Shown here: positions 62,469 through 64,000 of the stretch, in pieces
Position numbering within the stretch: position 1 is the stretch's first letter
How the letters are laid out: the number at the start of each line of letters is the position of its first letter
Source: Acidobacteriota bacterium
Lineage (GTDB): Bacteria; Acidobacteriota; Terriglobia; Bryobacterales; Bryobacteraceae
DNA length: 64,000 nucleotides
Assembly: GCA_039931205.1 (NCBI GenBank)
Contig: JBDTSJ010000095.1
Location: 104-64,103, forward strand
Direction: 5' to 3'
Notes under the pieces: model-generated
What the model saw: only the letters and a program-made list of their open reading frames with translations
The model's database searches: none
Told to the model about the DNA's origin: nothing
Translations under genes and position numbers: made by a program

Positions 62469-63044
62469 CTAATGGCCGTCGAATTTTCCGATGGCGTTCG
62501 CGAGTAGATCCGCGAAGTTAGCGCCGCTCTCCGACCATAAATGGCGGCGTGACAGAGGCAGGGCTTTATCGATATCGGCGACCAGATGCAGCAGGCTGCG
62601 AAGGTTGGATTCCTGCATTTTTATCGACCCGGTGATTTCCGGCATGGGTAGGAATTTCGTTTCCAAGCCAAAGTCGACGCGCAGGTGGTCGTCGTGCCCG
62701 GACTCGAACTCGGGACCCATACAGGAAAGCACGACGGGGGCGGGCTGCAGTTTCCAATCGTCGGTGTACTGCCACAAATCCCAGGCGGCTTCGAGTTCCA
62801 CACAGCAATCGCCGGCGGCAAAATCGCGCGCCGAGGAGATCACTTCTTCCACGGAAGCCCCAGGTTCCAAGGGCTTTTCCAGAATGATGGGCTCGGAATA
62901 GGAGACGGCGAAGACGCGCAACACGGGCGCGCTTTTGTAGAGCTTCGAAAACGGAAACGTCGCGAGCAGCGCCTCGTAGCGGCGCAGCATGCTGGCTTTA
63001 TCGTAATTACGCGTCCAGCAGGAGAGATAGAGACGATCGCTCAT
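62469..63044 (-). CDS. hypothetical cytoplasmic protein
   Basis: Start set at MSDRLYLSCW (ATG 63044), overlapping the dedA stop (ATGA). No family recognised. Confidence 0.55.
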   Translation of the reverse strand: MSDRLYLSCWTRNYDKASMLRRYEALLATFPFSKLYKSAPVLRVFAVSYSEPIILEKPLEPGASVEEVISSARDFAAGDCCVELEAAWDLWQYTDDWKLQPAPVVLSCMGPEFESGHDDHLRVDFGLETKFLPMPEITGSIKMQESNLRSLLHLVADIDKALPLSRRHLWSESGANFADLLANAIGKFDGH

Positions 63045-63673
63045 GCGGTCTTGCGCCTCCCGAACCAGTTGACGAACATCCAGCCGGCCCCCAGCCCGAC
63101 AACCAGCAGGATGAACCACAGCAGATTGGATTTGATGACGGCGGTGAGCGCGTCGGGGTCAGTCAGCAGGCCGGGCTGCTGGCCGATAATGCGGGCTCCG
63201 AAGATTGCCAGTACGGCACACCACAGGGTGGACCCGACGAAGGTGACGCCGGCGAAGTTTGCGAACGGCATGCGGACCAGGCCGGCCGGGAATCCGATCA
63301 AATGGCGGACGACGGGCAGCAGGCGGGCGAGGAAGACTCCGCCGAGGGCGAATTGGGCGAGCCAGCGCTCGGCTAGTTCCAAACGCTCCGGCGGCAGGAG
63401 GAGATATTTTCCGTAGCGCATCAAAAAAGTGCGGCCGAGGGTCCGGGAAAACCAGTAACACAGGCAGGAGCCGAAAGTGGACCCCAAACCGCCCACGAAA
63501 ATGACGCCGATGAGCGACATTTGGCCCTGCTGAGCCCAGTAACCGGCGGGCGGCATGATGATTTCGGAGGGCACGGGAATGATGGTACTCTCAAGCGCCA
63601 TCATGATGAAAACACCGAGGTACCCCGCATCGCGGGACCATTCAAACCATACCTTAAGAAGGTCGTGAAACAT
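63041..63673 (-). CDS. DedA-family (SNARE-associated / VTT domain) membrane protein
   Basis: ..LGVFIMMALESTIIPVPSEIIMPPAGY.. and ..GKYLL..R..A..WF..G...F..R..P..R......aG... 210 aa. Confidence 0.85.
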   Translation of the reverse strand: MFHDLLKVWFEWSRDAGYLGVFIMMALESTIIPVPSEIIMPPAGYWAQQGQMSLIGVIFVGGLGSTFGSCLCYWFSRTLGRTFLMRYGKYLLLPPERLELAERWLAQFALGGVFLARLLPVVRHLIGFPAGLVRMPFANFAGVTFVGSTLWCAVLAIFGARIIGQQPGLLTDPDALTAVIKSNLLWFILLVVGLGAGWMFVNWFGRRKTA

Positions 63674-63749
63674 GAGATTTTGGAAGGCTTAGGCGCGCGA
63701 TATTCGGCAGCCGATGCCTTGCCTGAGTATAACCCGAGGAGGGTGGGCG

Positions 63750-63820
63750 CTTGGGTTCGTTCCGTTATTTTCGATGTTTTTTGGGGGCCGGCGTTGGGTT
63801 CGTTTCGTAATTTTGCGATG
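63750..63820. promoter_or_regulatory. imperfect ~27-bp direct repeat upstream of dedA
   Basis: TTGGGTTCGTTCCGTTATTTTCGATGT (63750-63776) and TTGGGTTCGTTTCGTAATTTTGCGATGT (63793-63820). They differ by two substitutions and one indel. Confidence 0.45.
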
Positions 63821-64000
63821 TGGGCGACACGGGCCCCGGGGAGTTGAGGTTGCCAGGCACATGAATCCATCTTGCCAGCGGCGGAGGCGGGCACAGTATG
63901 GTTGCGACGGGAACTGAGGCAGACAAGGGCGATGGGGTGCGTTAGAAATGAACACTGCTCGATAATCGTCTTGAGGATAGCCAGATGAATTTAGCCGGCC

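Overview
High-GC bacterial chromosomal segment with about 60 well-supported genes. Several protein families that I remember as near-specific to Acidobacteria (Solibacter/Bryobacter-like) are present. These are a PadR plus duplicated-FtsX 'ADOP' permease pair, a TIGR03435-like 'FEVASIKP...VIDHVERPSEN' protein, a TIGR03437-like protein and carboxypeptidase-regulatory-like repeat proteins. The taxon assignment is an inference from those families.

Core content:
- ilvA, yggS, pfk, an sdhCAB operon (Sdh1-like layout), trpS, argCB, mqnB, an ABC-F ATPase, HtrA, and M20/M50/M61 peptidases.
- One tRNA-Gln(UUG).

Envelope and polysaccharide content:
- An orphan secretin.
- A Wza / Wzz-GumC / BY-kinase export trio.
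- A translationally coupled MBOAT-SGNH-SGNH O-acylation operon followed by a small zinc-ribbon ORF and an SH3 lipoprotein.
- A GT28 / PAP2 / DUF2235 / DedA lipid-related neighbourhood.

Accessory content:
- A complete 3,166-bp IS1595-family element (10127-13292). It has 25-bp terminal inverted repeats (23/25) and a perfect 8-bp target-site duplication (AAACTCAA). It carries two passenger genes, a 156-aa hypothetical and a DUF3800 protein, and it sits in the roughly 85-bp divergent promoter region between the secretin gene and an uncharacterised AAA+ ATPase gene.
- A 652-bp internally deleted IS remnant (53656-54307) with perfect 17-bp inverted repeats, a 7/8 8-bp duplication and a frameshifted transposase C-terminus. 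It lies at the 5' end of a secreted repeat-protein gene.
- A decayed mobile-DNA patch at 1-4.7 kb next to the tRNA. It holds a frameshifted DUF2924 gene, a doc pseudogene paralogous to an intact phd/doc-like pair, and a sulfatase fragment.
- A vapBC pair.

Two cysteine-rich small ORFs below the 60-aa track cutoff were found by eye. I saw no CRISPR array, rRNA, integrase or reverse transcriptase. Many long ORFs antisense to homology-supported genes are treated as high-GC artefacts. All family assignments come from motif recognition and memory, not from searches.
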